Shown: piece by piece, positions 22,389-36,000 of the stretch | Layout of the letters: every line of letters starts with the position of its first letter | Position numbering within the stretch: position 1 is the first letter of the stretch | DNA from: Lingula anatina | Taxonomy: Eukaryota; Animalia; Brachiopoda | Assembly: GCA_051362555.1 (NCBI GenBank) | Contig: CM120641.1 | Location: forward strand, 34,416,401 to 34,480,400 | DNA: 64,000 nucleotides | Direction of reading: 5' to 3' | Position numbers and translations under genes: made by a program | The notes under the pieces: model-generated | Database searches by the model: none | The model's input: only the letters and a program-made list of their open reading frames with translations | What the model was told of the DNA's origin: nothing

Positions 22389-25300
22389 GGGTAAAAGATA
22401 TACCTTTAGTATCAATATCAAAATGAATATATGTTAAATAAAGAAACACTGCAAGATGTGTCTTAACGAGATGGCATAGTTAGTACTAATCCCTCTATCC
22501 AAGTGAAGTGACAAAGCTAAACTTAAAATCCCTGGATAAAAAAATTACAAATGTATTGTTAGCTGTTCTATTGCAATTGCACAATTGCAACTTGACAATT
22601 GTTCACGCTTTTCTTCATTATTATCGTCAGGTTGCTTTGGGTTTTGTTTTATCAGAAAAACCAGCACAGTCATAGCGTGTTCTGAAGGAGTTTGTGTAGT
22701 GGCATATCACGATATTTTATTGATAAGATACTAAGATGACGCAGCTGAAAGATGAAACCACTGCATGTAAACAAAAACACCTTGATTCATAATCCAGTAC
22801 ATATGTGACAATTGTTAAACATTTTGTTCTACGTTTTATCAAAAATGCCATTACTGACGTCATCAAACGGTATCCCCAGTTAATAGGGAGCAGATACTAT
22901 TTTGAAAGGACATCAAAACATGCTGTTACCTCTAATATTATCGGTTATAATGAAAATTTAGAGTCAATGTGAACTAAGGGTTTTCACAGTTTACTGCCAT
23001 TGTTTAACAGAAAGTTATATGTTTTTTTTCTCTGTAGAACCAGAACAGTCGGAAGGAACACTGTTAGATCGTCGTTAAACTGTGTTTTAAAAACGAGTAA
23101 AACGTTTTTCCCCATATCTTTTTTTCACCAGGTTTGCTTTTCTGACTGGTTCTTACAAACTACGTCTTTGAATATACTACTGTATTGAATTGCAGGCCTA
23201 TGGCTAACTGTCAATTCAGATTGAATTGGTTTCTCGCTTGATTTATAGTGATTTCAACCGCATTTATGGTAGATGCCAACAGCAGACATATTCTCCGTTT
23301 ATCATGAAACTTTAATCTAACTAACACATCAGGAGCATGTTTTACCGTACATATATTGAAATCAGGGATATTAAGAACGAAATCATTGATCTTAGGCAAC
23401 TGTAAATGTAATTTTTCTAGACAACGCATCTCTATATATTTTCGGGAAAAAAGCTGATAATGTGTTTGAATCTTTGAAATATATCTTTGTCAGAATCGTG
23501 TCATTAATTATTTTCTTGTAGCGCGCTTCTGGTTTCTTTGTAGATGCTCTGTCAGTCAACGTGTTGGACAAAATGGAAGTAACTTGTTCGCGCAATTGTT
23601 CGATTTGCAGCAATTTCTTTTTTCTTCTGTTTAATTTCAGGTTATTGCCCTTCTCTTTCATCTCTGTTACTAAATACAGGTCGGAGAAAGACGTAACATA
23701 AGCCACTTTATCTATTTACTACTACTGCGGCAATCGAAGTATTTAATACTATGGTAAATGTAAGCCTTATGAAAAAGAACCATGGACAAAAAAGTACACA
23801 CTTTCTAACTATCCTAAAACGGTATTACGCTTTCCTTAGATCTTTAATTTACGCTTCCATGATAAGTCTCTTAGCTCTTTAAGTCTCTTTAAAAGCTGTG
23901 GTGGAATATTATCCTAAAAGAAATTGGTTATAGCCCCAGCCGATTACATGGCATACTTTCGATTACTTTAAATCTTTCCGATTGAACTGTAAGTATTAAG
24001 CCAATCCAGTGGTTGAAACAGACACCATGCAGATCGATTATAACAGAGCGTCTTGTTGTTTCAAACAGCAACAACAACAACAAAAAAAAGCTTTAAGTAT
24101 TTCATAAGACTGACTGAGAGTTTAAAGCAAAATGCATCTTAAAGTTTTCATCTAATGACGAGAGGATCGTCACAGAAATATACAAATATTTATTATTTTC
24201 CTCTATACCAATGGGGACCCAAAGGGACAAAAGGGTGACCTATGTCACAATTGGATCATGATTATCGTTAATACATCAGTTAATGGTTCTATGTGTGTTG
24301 TGTATACAAGTGACTGCTGGAAATTGGCACCGAATCTCTGCATTCAGTGAGTGCAGGAACATGCCTGTTTCACTTTGTTTCTATCCACTGTTTGCTCTTT
24401 GTACATGTAAGAGATTGTCCTGTCTCTCATTAACAAGGACGGATAAGTTTCAATCACTGTCCTTGGTCCAATGAATTATAATATCAATCTGATCTTATTA
24501 TGTGAAATGCAACAATTTCAGAAAAAAAAAACAAGTGCTTTATAAAAGGAATCGAAAGAAACGAATTGTCTATAATCTAGTTTATAATGTCCCTTGCAAA
24601 ACGATTCTGGCAACCAAAACTACTGCTGCTTTTCAAACCCAAATTTGGCAATAAGAAACTACAATCGTTTATGAGATTAGCTTGGCTGTCACAAATACAA
24701 GGTCGAAAATATTCCGTGGAGGCTCTCGCGTGTCTGCTGTACCCCCGGGGACGGTGAATCTGATCGCTTATTTTTCATAAGAAAATCCCGATGATAACTT
24801 AATAAAATCGCTTTTGAAGCGGGATTCGGTTGATCAAATAAACAAGATCGAGGGAAGTTGCATGAAGTTCCGGCCAGGGTCCACAATCTGCAGCACGGTG
24901 TATTTCGTCTGTGTGTTGAAACAGGTTACCCGGAACTAGCGTCCTTAAAATTAATTAATTTTCAAGAAGGCTCGGTGCTTAGATAAATAGGCTCGGGATA
25001 GGTTGGGTGCACGTGGATCCCCCTTTGGTTTGGTTTTTTAACGCACAATCTGGCACAATTTCCTTAAATTTATATTCGAATAATTGGACTAGTTTCATAT
25101 TTATCCTGTTTGGGTTCAAATATCTAGGTTTTTCTACAAAAAGAAAGTACTGCCACGAGTTTCTCCAAACTTTTATTACATAAATTAGAAATGAAAAGGC
25201 GAAGGTACACGCAGCAAAAAAAACTCCATTGAAATTACAAAATGAAACCACTGTGACTCAGTGAAAGACGGGAGCCATTATAAACATGAGCTGGAGAGAT

Positions 25301-25765
25301 AAAACATGATGAAGCCCTTGCTATACTAGGAGAGATGTTATCAAATCCATTATCCAAGCAAAACGCTTTGTGGCATTGTGAAATTTGTAAACGATACGCT
25401 ATAGAGGCGAACCCGTTACAACGCAAATTAAGGAAAAGCATTTTGTAATAAATGCATCTCACCAAAACCTTTGTCATAATCAGTTGCACTTTGGCACATG
25501 AGCTGTTTTGTAAAACGACAGTAGCCAAGATAGCCATTGTACAGCGGAGAGAGAAACCTGGGGCCATTACATATTTCCCCTGTTTAGTTTATTTTAGCCA
25601 AAAACGATGAAATTTATTTTGATTTTTTTTTTTTTTTTTTTTTGAAAAATTCACTGTGCACCTGAGAGCCTCCATTGATTCTTCCTCGACCTTGTATTTT
25701 AGACCGCCGATCTCCACTCATAAACCATTCTAGTTTTTAACTGTAAAAGTCGTTCTTGAAAAGCG

Positions 25766-25960
25766 AAACAAGTATCTGGTTGCCACAATCGTTTCTAAAT
25801 ACGGCACTAATTTCCGGTTGTTATGAAAAACAGCACAAGTTTCTGGTTGCCAGAACCGTTTCCAACAAGCAACTAGTACTCTTTTTTTAACAACAACTAT
25901 TTCTGGTTCCAGGAAAACGTCACTAGTTTCTTTTATTAAAAAATATCAGTTTCTAATTGT
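25766..25960. repeat. Degenerate minisatellite with a cact/caag-tttctggttg core, unit about 27-38 bp
   Basis: Recurrent caagtatctggttgcca, cactaatttccggttg, cacaagtttctggttgcca, caactatttctggttcca and cactagtttc. Confidence 0.6.
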
Positions 25961-26957
25961 ATCTTAGAATCGCTTTTAATGACCGAAACTAGACGCTCAG
26001 TTACCATATACTCAGTGACCCGAAAGTATTGATATGTTAGGCACCAGAGCACTGTAGGTTGACAGGTCACCTGGTTTTGACTTATTTTGGTCAAATGTAT
26101 AGCTGCGGGCCAGTTTAAAACTATTAGGTTATGTTTAAATGGGGATAAGTGAATGACGGCACTGAAACAAATACCTTATTAACGGGTAAATGCATCTGCA
26201 AAACAAATATAACAATGCACCTTCATAGGCACTCTTCAGCGTAGCCAATAGTCCCATTCAAATATAATTGCTTTTTATTGGTAAACGCATTTTCAGGGTG
26301 CTTTTGACCATTTGTTTCTTGCAGTTTTATCAGAAACTTTTATTGCGGGCATATATACCATGAAAAGAAAACCTCGAAATTATTGTTTGCTTCAAATATG
26401 ATTGCCAGTTATTAAAACAGTGACCTTTTCTAAAATTTCTGTTCCAGGACTCTAAGGATATAAAACAATTTTGGGTAACATTTTGTATTTTGTTTTCAAG
26501 GTTTTTCCTGTACCCACAGCAGTTTCTAATACCATTCCAAATACAAAAAAGTATTTAACAATTTCCTTAAATATGTGCTACAGATTTCATCAGCAAAATG
26601 TCAATTGTTTCCTGCCCATTGGGAGTAATAACTTTGGACTAAAAGGGTTCATCAAATGATCCGATAAATGATTGTTTGTCACGTGGTTCTTTGCAATTCC
26701 CCTCCAAAAAAGGGAAAAATCATGATTGTATTTCAAATGGTTCACAGCTAGATTACTAAGTTTTGGTTGAAAGCAATAGTGATCCCTACTCAGAGGTTCG
26801 AAACGAGACCTGGTGACATCCTGGTGACATCACAAATACTTGTCCCAGTTCTGAAACAACCAATCCTGGAACGCTGGAAACTTGCAAAGTGTTTCTAGTT
26901 CTCTTCTTTCGTTAGACATAGGGCCTATCCTGGCCTGTACTTTCGATGTGTATTTAC

Positions 26958-27066
26958 CCCAGCAAACACGCCACGTTGGCACCACGTTGGTTAATCGGTG
27001 GCTATGACGTTATAATGTGGTAGCAAAGTGCTAGCCACGTGATCCGAACGTGACGTGTTTGCTGGG
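26958..27066. mobile_element. 109-bp MITE with CCC termini and a 2-bp TSD, EnSpm/CMC-like
   Basis: TIRs cccagcaaacacgccacgtt and aacgtgacgtgtttgctggg, flanked by AC on both sides. Confidence 0.75.
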
Positions 27067-30000
27067 ACAAAATTCTGCAACACCGTCCTTTTATTCACGT
27101 TCAAGCACGCTCCAGTTCCTCCACGCTCTCTCTGATGTGGAATCCTGCTTTGGTGTCCCATTTGATTGCAATCCATGGATTGTAACTTTGGCTATCTCTT
27201 TTATTGATCATTGTTACTAATTGTTCGTATTCCTATGTTCTCATGACCTTAAGCCTAATGATACATTTTGCCTCATCCGGCTGGAAAAAACATTTTATTA
27301 TCCTGATAAAGCAGGACAGCCTTAAAGCAGGTCACCATCCTAAAGACCGCGGAACGTTTCATTCTGGCATTGAGTTTTTCCAGGACCATAGATAGTTTTA
27401 ATATACAACAATACATGCACCCGGACCTCAATGTTCAAATGTACAAAAACAAAATAAACGAGTATGCAACTTTCAAGCACGTACATGTATGTATAGATAT
27501 AACTGTTTCTCTTAGAATATACAGTTACAGACAGCATTTTAATCTCAAAATGACATTTCATCTGTCAGTTCTTTTATCTATCTAATAACAGCTTTTACTG
27601 TCGTATCGGCAACTGAAATTCCAAACCAACGATAAAGGTTTTGATTTCCAAATGTCTTCTCAAATTTTAGCGTTTTTAGATTGAGATAGATAAACATAGT
27701 CCTAAGGGACGGGATTTTTTATTTCTTTATACGGCAATCGATCTCTGTAAGCGGTGCAGCTGGGAACACCAACTGACCCGAACGGCAGATTTCTATCGTT
27801 CAAATTTCATCTAGGACTGTTGTCTCCATCGCAGGAAATTAAGAAATTGAATCTACTTCACCCACTGTGTGGTGTATTTAAGCAAATGTTTCATCTTGCA
27901 CCCTTGGTCATAGACTTATGTGTCAGATTGAATTGGCGATAATACTTCCGACATTGTTTTGTCCCTCCACGTTCGTGCTGACTTGGTATAAGGGACGTTT
28001 ATCACCGCCACGTGTCCTTTTCAGGACCACGGCACATTCTAGAATAGATGAAATTACTAAAACCCTTTCTAGGCATTATCTTCGTCTACTCCTAATGTAA
28101 TGAACCCTTCCTTTTGAATGAAGTTGTAAATAGTAATACGGACACAATTCGAATAGTACCGTAACGTTTATTTGGATATGTTCAGAATCGATACGGTAAT
28201 GTATTGTTATTTTCTTAAAGAGTCACACATTTCACCGGTGCCGTTTCTGTCTGATTGTTGGACTTTTAATCTAAACTCAATTGTATTTGTATTATAGCTG
28301 TCATTGTTCAATCGGTTTCCAAGAACTTGGCTGTGACATTACAGAGATATCGGACGGAACGGAAATGTAATAAAGAAGTCAGCATTAGATAAGGAAATCC
28401 TGTAGACCGCTTTGGAATTCCGTAAGTGCAAAGACCTTCAACATATCTGAAGTAGAAGTGTATAAGCTATTCATTTGCATTTCGTTTTCAGTGTGATTAC
28501 CCCCCCCCCCCCTCCAGATTTACAGTGAATAATCACTCACCACTTATTTCATTATTCCCCATTAAGTATGATTAAGGCAATATGCTAAAGGGTCCTACTA
28601 GGTATATTTAATTTTTTCTTTTTTGTGTTGTTTTCCCCATATAAAAGGAATTCCAAAAGTTTTTCCAGCATATGTTATGATTTGGATGATATTTGCGCAC
28701 ACTGCCGACATAATTTTCGTCAAAGAAGCCGAATCCTATCACGTATTTCTATGCCAAAAGGCAGCCAAAACTAGTGACATGCAACAATAAATTATATTAG
28801 GCATTAGAACTTAAAGTTGTTGAAGTATCCTCTCAGGGGAAATGCATTATTTCAGCTTCATCTCATTGCAGGCAGAACAAGGCCTCTATAAGCTACTTGT
28901 ATAGATTTTCCGACTGGAATTCCAACTACCAATCTTTTAGATTCTTGATGCATTAAAATGGTGCTATAGTAAGCAGGGGAGGATCAATAGTTACTCAGAT
29001 GCGGCGCGTCTTCGGCTGATTGATGCGAGTTTTAAGTGTCTTATTAGTGTTTAAAGAACAGTATTTAGCTTTTCCTAGCAATTTTCAATTATACCAATGA
29101 CGCCGATTTAGAGAACAATTGCCTCATTGATCTTAGGGCGCCCCCTATTCAAGTGGTTAATTGACTGATTTACGTTGCGTCGAAAGGTTTCGTAAGTATA
29201 TGTGGAACAATGAGTATAGTTTCTTAAGATCAGATAAGTTGCATATGGTAAATGACGCAACTTGCACACTTATTTGCGTTGTTGTGTTTAATTTGTTTCA
29301 GAGGAAATAAAAAAAAGTTATTATGAGTGTGACAGTAGAGAGTCAAGTTAAGGCAGGTTTCAAAATTAACTTTGCCAAATGCCAATTCAGATTTCGCACC
29401 GGTGAAATTGGAATCCAAATGTACAAAGCACATAATAAGATTTGAACAAATAAATGAATTACCTGGCTGTAATATTTTGACTTAAATTTTGTTCAAAACT
29501 GATGCTTTATCCATTTTAGATATAAAAAAACTAAGGGTTGCAACATCCAGAACCAAAGACTGTCTTAGAATTTGTTGAACCTTTTTATTATATTTCTACC
29601 AGAGAGGACACCAGCACGTGGTATAATTTCCATTTTTTTTGTTATTTTCTTTTTTTTTCTTCTTGCATTGCAGTCGAATTAAACTAATAAGGTTTAAGAA
29701 ATACATTGAAAGTGATATGGTTACTTAATCAGTTACTTCCCTGGCCACTGTGCGCTCTCTAAAGTTGTTCGAAAAGGGTAAAAAGTTAAGAAAAAGCAGG
29801 CCGGCGGACACGGTAGACCAGTGTAGTGGAGCCCTATGAGATTTAAGATCCAGAATACGCGAAGAAATTAAATGTGCCCCCCCCCCCCCCCTCAACACGT
29901 AACACAGATTCTGAAAGCTCTCATCAAAAAATTAGCTGAGCAGCTCGACCTTGTAGTACTAGAGATGAATGTTAGAGATAGAAGAAAGAACCAGGTGAAG

Positions 30001-33000
30001 ATGCTTACAAAATGACCATCTACAATGGCGTCAAGATAAATGAGACTTACAGCTAACGAGGGTTAATTGAAAAAATGAGAACAGCCGGCTGTGAGAGAGG
30101 AGAAGCGACAATACAATATTTCATGCATGAGCATACCAGAATCCGGGCCAGTGGCAATAAATAATCTTTATGTATTTCGTATGTGTGTGTCTGTGTGTGT
30201 CAAAAATGAATCATGTTGCAGCTTTTGAACAATCTGGCATCGCACCCAACAAATTTCATATAAGCTTGAATCTGAATATCGGCTGTGATGCACATATGTA
30301 GAAAATTTGCATATGGCGAAAGACGCTAAATTGATGAAGGTCTGAAGGTCGACAGACGTTTAGTGCAAGAAACAAATCAGGTTGATTACCTAGAAATATT
30401 GGTCCGTGTTAGATATCACAGTTTTCCAAGCGCCATAGTCATCTTTAGGTATGAATGATGTCACCGAAAAAATTGAGTGTCTTAGTATTCTTGGAGACAG
30501 ACCAGTATGGCCCTAACTCAGAAACGGATTCCGATCGCTGGCATTGGGTAAAAGCACAACGAATTAAATTATCAATCCCAGATAGTCATTTCAGTCGTTT
30601 CATAGATAGTTAAAATGCAATTAACCCTGTAAGATGTACAGACATAGCTCGTAAAACTGCCAAAACCAGATCAAATCTCATGAAGTGTTTGGCTTCCAGT
30701 GAAACATTGAGGGTTGTGAATAACGGGTTGCTTATCTGAACGGTTTAGCAGGGCTGCTTGCCAATTCAAATAGAACTCAAGTCATTCTACACGTATTCGG
30801 GCGAGACTCGTTCAATATTATGCTAATTCAATGTGTTTAATTAATCAGAAAAGCCTACATAGGTGTCTAGCTATCACTGTATGCTGAGAGTCTGAGAAAC
30901 TGGCGAATGCTGCAAGGTTCTTTACTTTGAATGAATGGAAACGTGTTTTTACTCCTATCAATAGACGCAGAATACTTTGGATGGTCCGTCGCACTGTCAA
31001 AGCATCGCCTTTCATGACTGAGCGAGGTGAGTAATCCTTTCTTTTTCTGTACTAAAATCAGACGGAAAATTCTAATTTCTGAATTGATTTATGGATATAC
31101 TTCAATGTATCATGATTTACTGGTTGTCGGACTTAACTGCATCTTTGTCGTTAAACGAAAACAACTAACAGGATATACTGTCGATGATGAACAACCCTGT
31201 TGCCAAATGATGTGGATTGTATAGGCTACTGAGATAGAAGGCACTGCTACTATTACAAAACACTGAATAAGTCCAAGTGAAACAGATATAGATTCCAAAC
31301 TTTGCTACCTTTTTTTTTTGTCAAGCATTGTTACGACCATCTAAACTATCTTTGTTTTAGGCGATCATTTTTTATTATCTTTCATTGTAAAATGCCATAC
31401 ATCCCCTTTAGGACTTACATATTATAATTTTTGTATTGAAGAGATACGAGTTGATCAGTGAAGTTAATGTTGTATTGTTCATAATACTTCTGATCTGCCA
31501 AATATTCGTATTTTTATATCAAGTTGATCATGAATTATTTGTAATACACTTGCTCGTGATGGGTGTTAGGTACCAGAGAACATGAAATGAACGTCGCTTT
31601 TCAAGCGTGAAGCCAACGTGTCAATGGCAATGTGTTTCTGATACTCAAATTTAAAGGCAACTCTGCTCATTCAGCGAATTTCAGTCTCAAAACCCTGCTT
31701 AGAAAAGTGCTTGAGTCTATTTGTTAGAATTATCAATCAAGTGAAAACGTGCCGAAAGCTATTTGAGCTATCTTAGAAAATGGAAGAAATCGGTATTGGT
31801 AAACGCTGCAAAGGGATTCGCTCGCTACATATTTATTCACAAATCTGGACATGCGTTCCCATTTTTTCCGATTCGTTATTTTGAAAACACGTAAATACTA
31901 GGTCTTGTGTAAATAATCTTTGATTAAGAAACATGTGTGAGCTATATTTCATCCTATTTCCTGTTCATCAGTTGTAGTATATTGCTTGCATATTGAACTG
32001 TTATATTGGAGCAGTTAAAAAAAAAAAAGAAAATCAAGCGAAGTTTTAAATCATATTAACCCCGTCAGAGATTGATCCTCTAGTCAGCTTTAGCGTGACC
32101 TTTACTTGAAAATGAACTATATAGAATAATTTCAGACGTTCAATGTCAGTTCGGCGCCAATGTTTCACAGACAGTTGCCATTTGTACTCAGCACTACAGC
32201 AAGATCTGTCGCGGCCATGAACAACACGGGAGAAAATGAAACTGGGCCTTTTTTTTGTCTTTTATTTAGTATCTTAACTGTGGTCAGCCTCCCGTAGCAG
32301 TAGCTGTACTCATTCACAACAAATCTTGTGAAAGACTATCCAATCCTGCTCGTAACAAATGGTTGTTTATTTCACGTGAATGGCAGCAGGTTTTGACCTT
32401 TAGAGATGAAAGGGTTCTCGAGATTTACTTCTACGGTCCATCGATACTTCAGCTCGCATGCACAGTAGCAAGTGGTAAGAGAAAAAAAAGCCAAGGCCAG
32501 TTGAAAGCACGCATCGTGCCTGAAGCTTTTACAATTCATAATGACAGCTTTGTGGTTCCTGCCTTGAGTATGATGGATTTTGAAGACTATTGTGCAACTT
32601 TGAGTTTTAGATTGGTGCCGCTGAGTGTCTCTTGCACAGGCAGTTACTTTCAAACGACAAAAATCGATCAAAATGATAATTAGTTCATTGACAGGGCCAA
32701 GTCTCCACCTGGAGCATAATAGCCCAAACCTGACATGACACTAGTAGCTAATTTACGGCCATCACAATTGTAACAATTACTAATGTAATTCAAAAAAGCT
32801 CACTTCAAATGTTTGGATTTGTTAATTGTGGCAATAAAAAATAGACATCTTAGTAATAAACATTGATATACATGCACAAAGCTATGGTAACTTTAGGTGC
32901 GTGTAGAAGGAAATCTTTTGAGGAGCTTTAGGGATAAAGGCCTATCGGTAGAGCTATGTCTACATGTATCTGAACACGTGCCTCATGCCTCAACCCACAT

Positions 33001-36000
33001 GTTAGTACAATAAAGAGAACGGAAAGAGAAGTTAAAACAGTGTCATAAACGACCGCAGTTTTCGGAACAAAGACTTCTGTTTTGTCTAGACTGCTGTATT
33101 TTAGCAACAACTATTCTCTCAGAAGAAGGTGACTTGGCAGACCTCGAAAAAAATTAGAGAACAATGCATGTATGACTACGTATGTGGCTGTTGATCGAAG
33201 AAACTATCAAAGTAATTGATGGATATGGCTTTTCTGATTGATGCAATTTGTTTAAAGCAAGAGATTTGTAGCTTTGCTTTGAATATCAATTTGTTATAAA
33301 TTGTCATTTCAGAGTCCTCTTGTTTACTCTTTTCTGTGACACAAACTGGCTTGAAACGGATGTGATCAGTTCGTTGCAGTCGTATGATCAAGCCTGTATA
33401 TAGTCAGCTGAAAGCATATATAAATATCATTTTGTTTTATCAGAGGTATTACCTAATGAAAAGAATCATCTATTATGCTTTTGATTTAATTTGTACTAAT
33501 GCAATCACATCACAGTTTAGTAAAGGTGATAAATACATTTGATGCCATCACGACCAAGAAAAGGAAATCAGCGGTAATAATCTCTGTTACACATACAATG
33601 GTTAGTGAATAGATACCAATATCAACTCTTGCAAGCTATTTTTGTATCTCTACCAATAGAAAACCGAGGTTTGCTTTGCTTTATGCATTTATCCCAAATA
33701 TAATCCAGAAGTAGCAATATTTTGTTGCGTGAGGCACATTATAGCGCGTGCTACTTACTATCGTGTTTTGCACCCTCGTCTGTTGTCTGTTCGAAAATGG
33801 ATCAATCAGCCCTTAGCTTTCCTCTCCTTTTGCTCACAAGCCTTTTCCCGTGTCGTTTGAGTCACGCAAGATCCGCTGTCGATGCAGCTATAAAGAGAGA
33901 TAACAGGGCTCCTGGATTGTAACACCATGGATTTTGAAGCCTGGAACTCCCTCGCACGTATATAATCAATCAGTTTATCAAAATTACATTCAATTTACGA
34001 CTCACATGAAAACAAAAATATACACTGTAGTCTGTATATGTATTATTATAGATTACTCACCACACATACATATAAGCAGTATATGATGCATGATACCCTA
34101 TTGCCTTCTGCAACATGTCATTAAATCTAATAAAAAATATTGTCTTATTTCGAATATACGTTCAGCGATACTTTTGACAAACACTTTGTATATTCCCGCA
34201 ACAAGACAATATTTGCAACATCAGCAGCCTTTTGTTGTCAGAACTTTCCTGTATCTAATTTGCAAATGTTCTCAACAACATTTGTCGTCATTGTTGGCGA
34301 TATAATCCTGGAGAGTAGTAAAAATATACTGTGTTTTGGGGTCACCCAGTCTCAGTCTCGTTATGATTGAAAAATTAAGTCACCTTTTGTGTATCACTGA
34401 AGTAAGTTTTATGATACAACTTATGACCAGACTAAGATTTGAAAAGCGACTTGATTCTAAGGTTACCATGAAATACTATCAAAAGCTTTTTTGAAATCTA
34501 TGAGGAGTAGTATACCAAGTAAATGCCTTTCTTATAGGTATAGGCCCAGTGCATGGTATCGTAAACATATGTATATCTTCCCTTAAAGGGTCTAGTTTGG
34601 TCCTTACTGATCAAATTATTCAGTAGTCTTTGTCTCGTTTAATAATGTAATCTAACTAGTGCCCTTTTTGTAGTATATAATTTTTTTGTATTTTTTCCTT
34701 TGGGATATATGTGTAACTTTTGTGTAACTGATAATACATGCCTTGAACCTATTTTGGCAATCAAACATCATAAATTCCAATTCCTTCAAAAAGAAAAAAA
34801 CAAACCAAGAATGAGTGAATTATTGGTGCCCTTGATACAAAAACCAACTTCTTTGTCCATTGACATTAGCTCTCCCTCTCTCAACTTTTTCGTTAGGCGT
34901 CATTGTGTATACTTTGATAATATGTACTACTCTCTTTTTTAGAATGTACTCAAGAAATTCACGGCACTGCACAAACTCTGTCACATTTCCTTCTGCGTCT
35001 ATTATCAATTTCAAATTCGACATTTTTTTTAAATCCAAAGAATCATAGTCAATTGACACTGTATTGCGTCATTCATTTAGAACGTCAACCTGGTAAGCAA
35101 ACCAACTGAAATTGATTCTATGTGACACTTGTTACGCGTTTTGAGGCCAAGAGATTTCTTTGGGGATTGAAAATATCGAATGCCTTTTTTCACCTTTGGT
35201 TGAAATAGCATGCGATGGCGAATGCGCCCACACGCCATGAATACTGGTGATTGCAAATTATTTTGGAATGATATGGTATCAATTTGCTAGGGGCAATGCT
35301 AAGGACGGATTATCCGCTCAAGTTTGGCTGTGGTAATGTTTAAAAAAATCACTGTTGGGAAAATTTAGAATTAAGGTTATTTGGATTACTCACAATTACC
35401 CGTTATATGCTGTGGCAAGTCTATCATCGTGCACAAGACACAGCAAGAGAGTTAATGATATAAAATGGGGTTTGTTATCCACACGTCCACGTATTATATC
35501 AATAAAAAAACATCAAAACATTACGACATGGCGCATGTGTTACCTAAAAAAAATTATAAAGAGAATCGTCTGATAATTTCTCACGAATATACAAGTGCGA
35601 CATATAGGTCGTATACACGAAGAATGGCGCGTCCCAAAGGCACATTATCCCGGCAAATCGACCTGAAAGGTAAATACAACGCATTGTGTCATTGTGTTCT
35701 TTTAATCTTCCCTCCTCCTGCGTGATTCACTGTATTTCGCCGTCAGGGACGATAATTAATAAAATTTTCAGCGGGGAATCGCTCTAATTGCATAGCATGA
35801 GATGACGTTATTTAATCGATACCCCTGCAGTTGTGGAGCAAGTGACATAAGATCTATACCCCTCGGACGCAAATGCGCCTGTTGTTCCTAACTAAAACCG
35901 AAGTCAAATGCAAAACAGGTATTTTTAAGTATATTAAGGGAGCGGATATGGAAACATGTCACAACAGCGCTCTTAACGTCGTTTTCCCTGTGTTCGTAAA

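Noticed and set aside
26770-26830. tRNA gene suggested by a GGTTCGAA B-box
   Set aside because: There is no A-box or cloverleaf. At most it is a SINE relic.
30336-30345. GAAGGTCTGA resembling RNase P RNA conserved region I
   Set aside because: No matching CR-V (ACnnAAnTCAGACT) lies at a suitable distance downstream.
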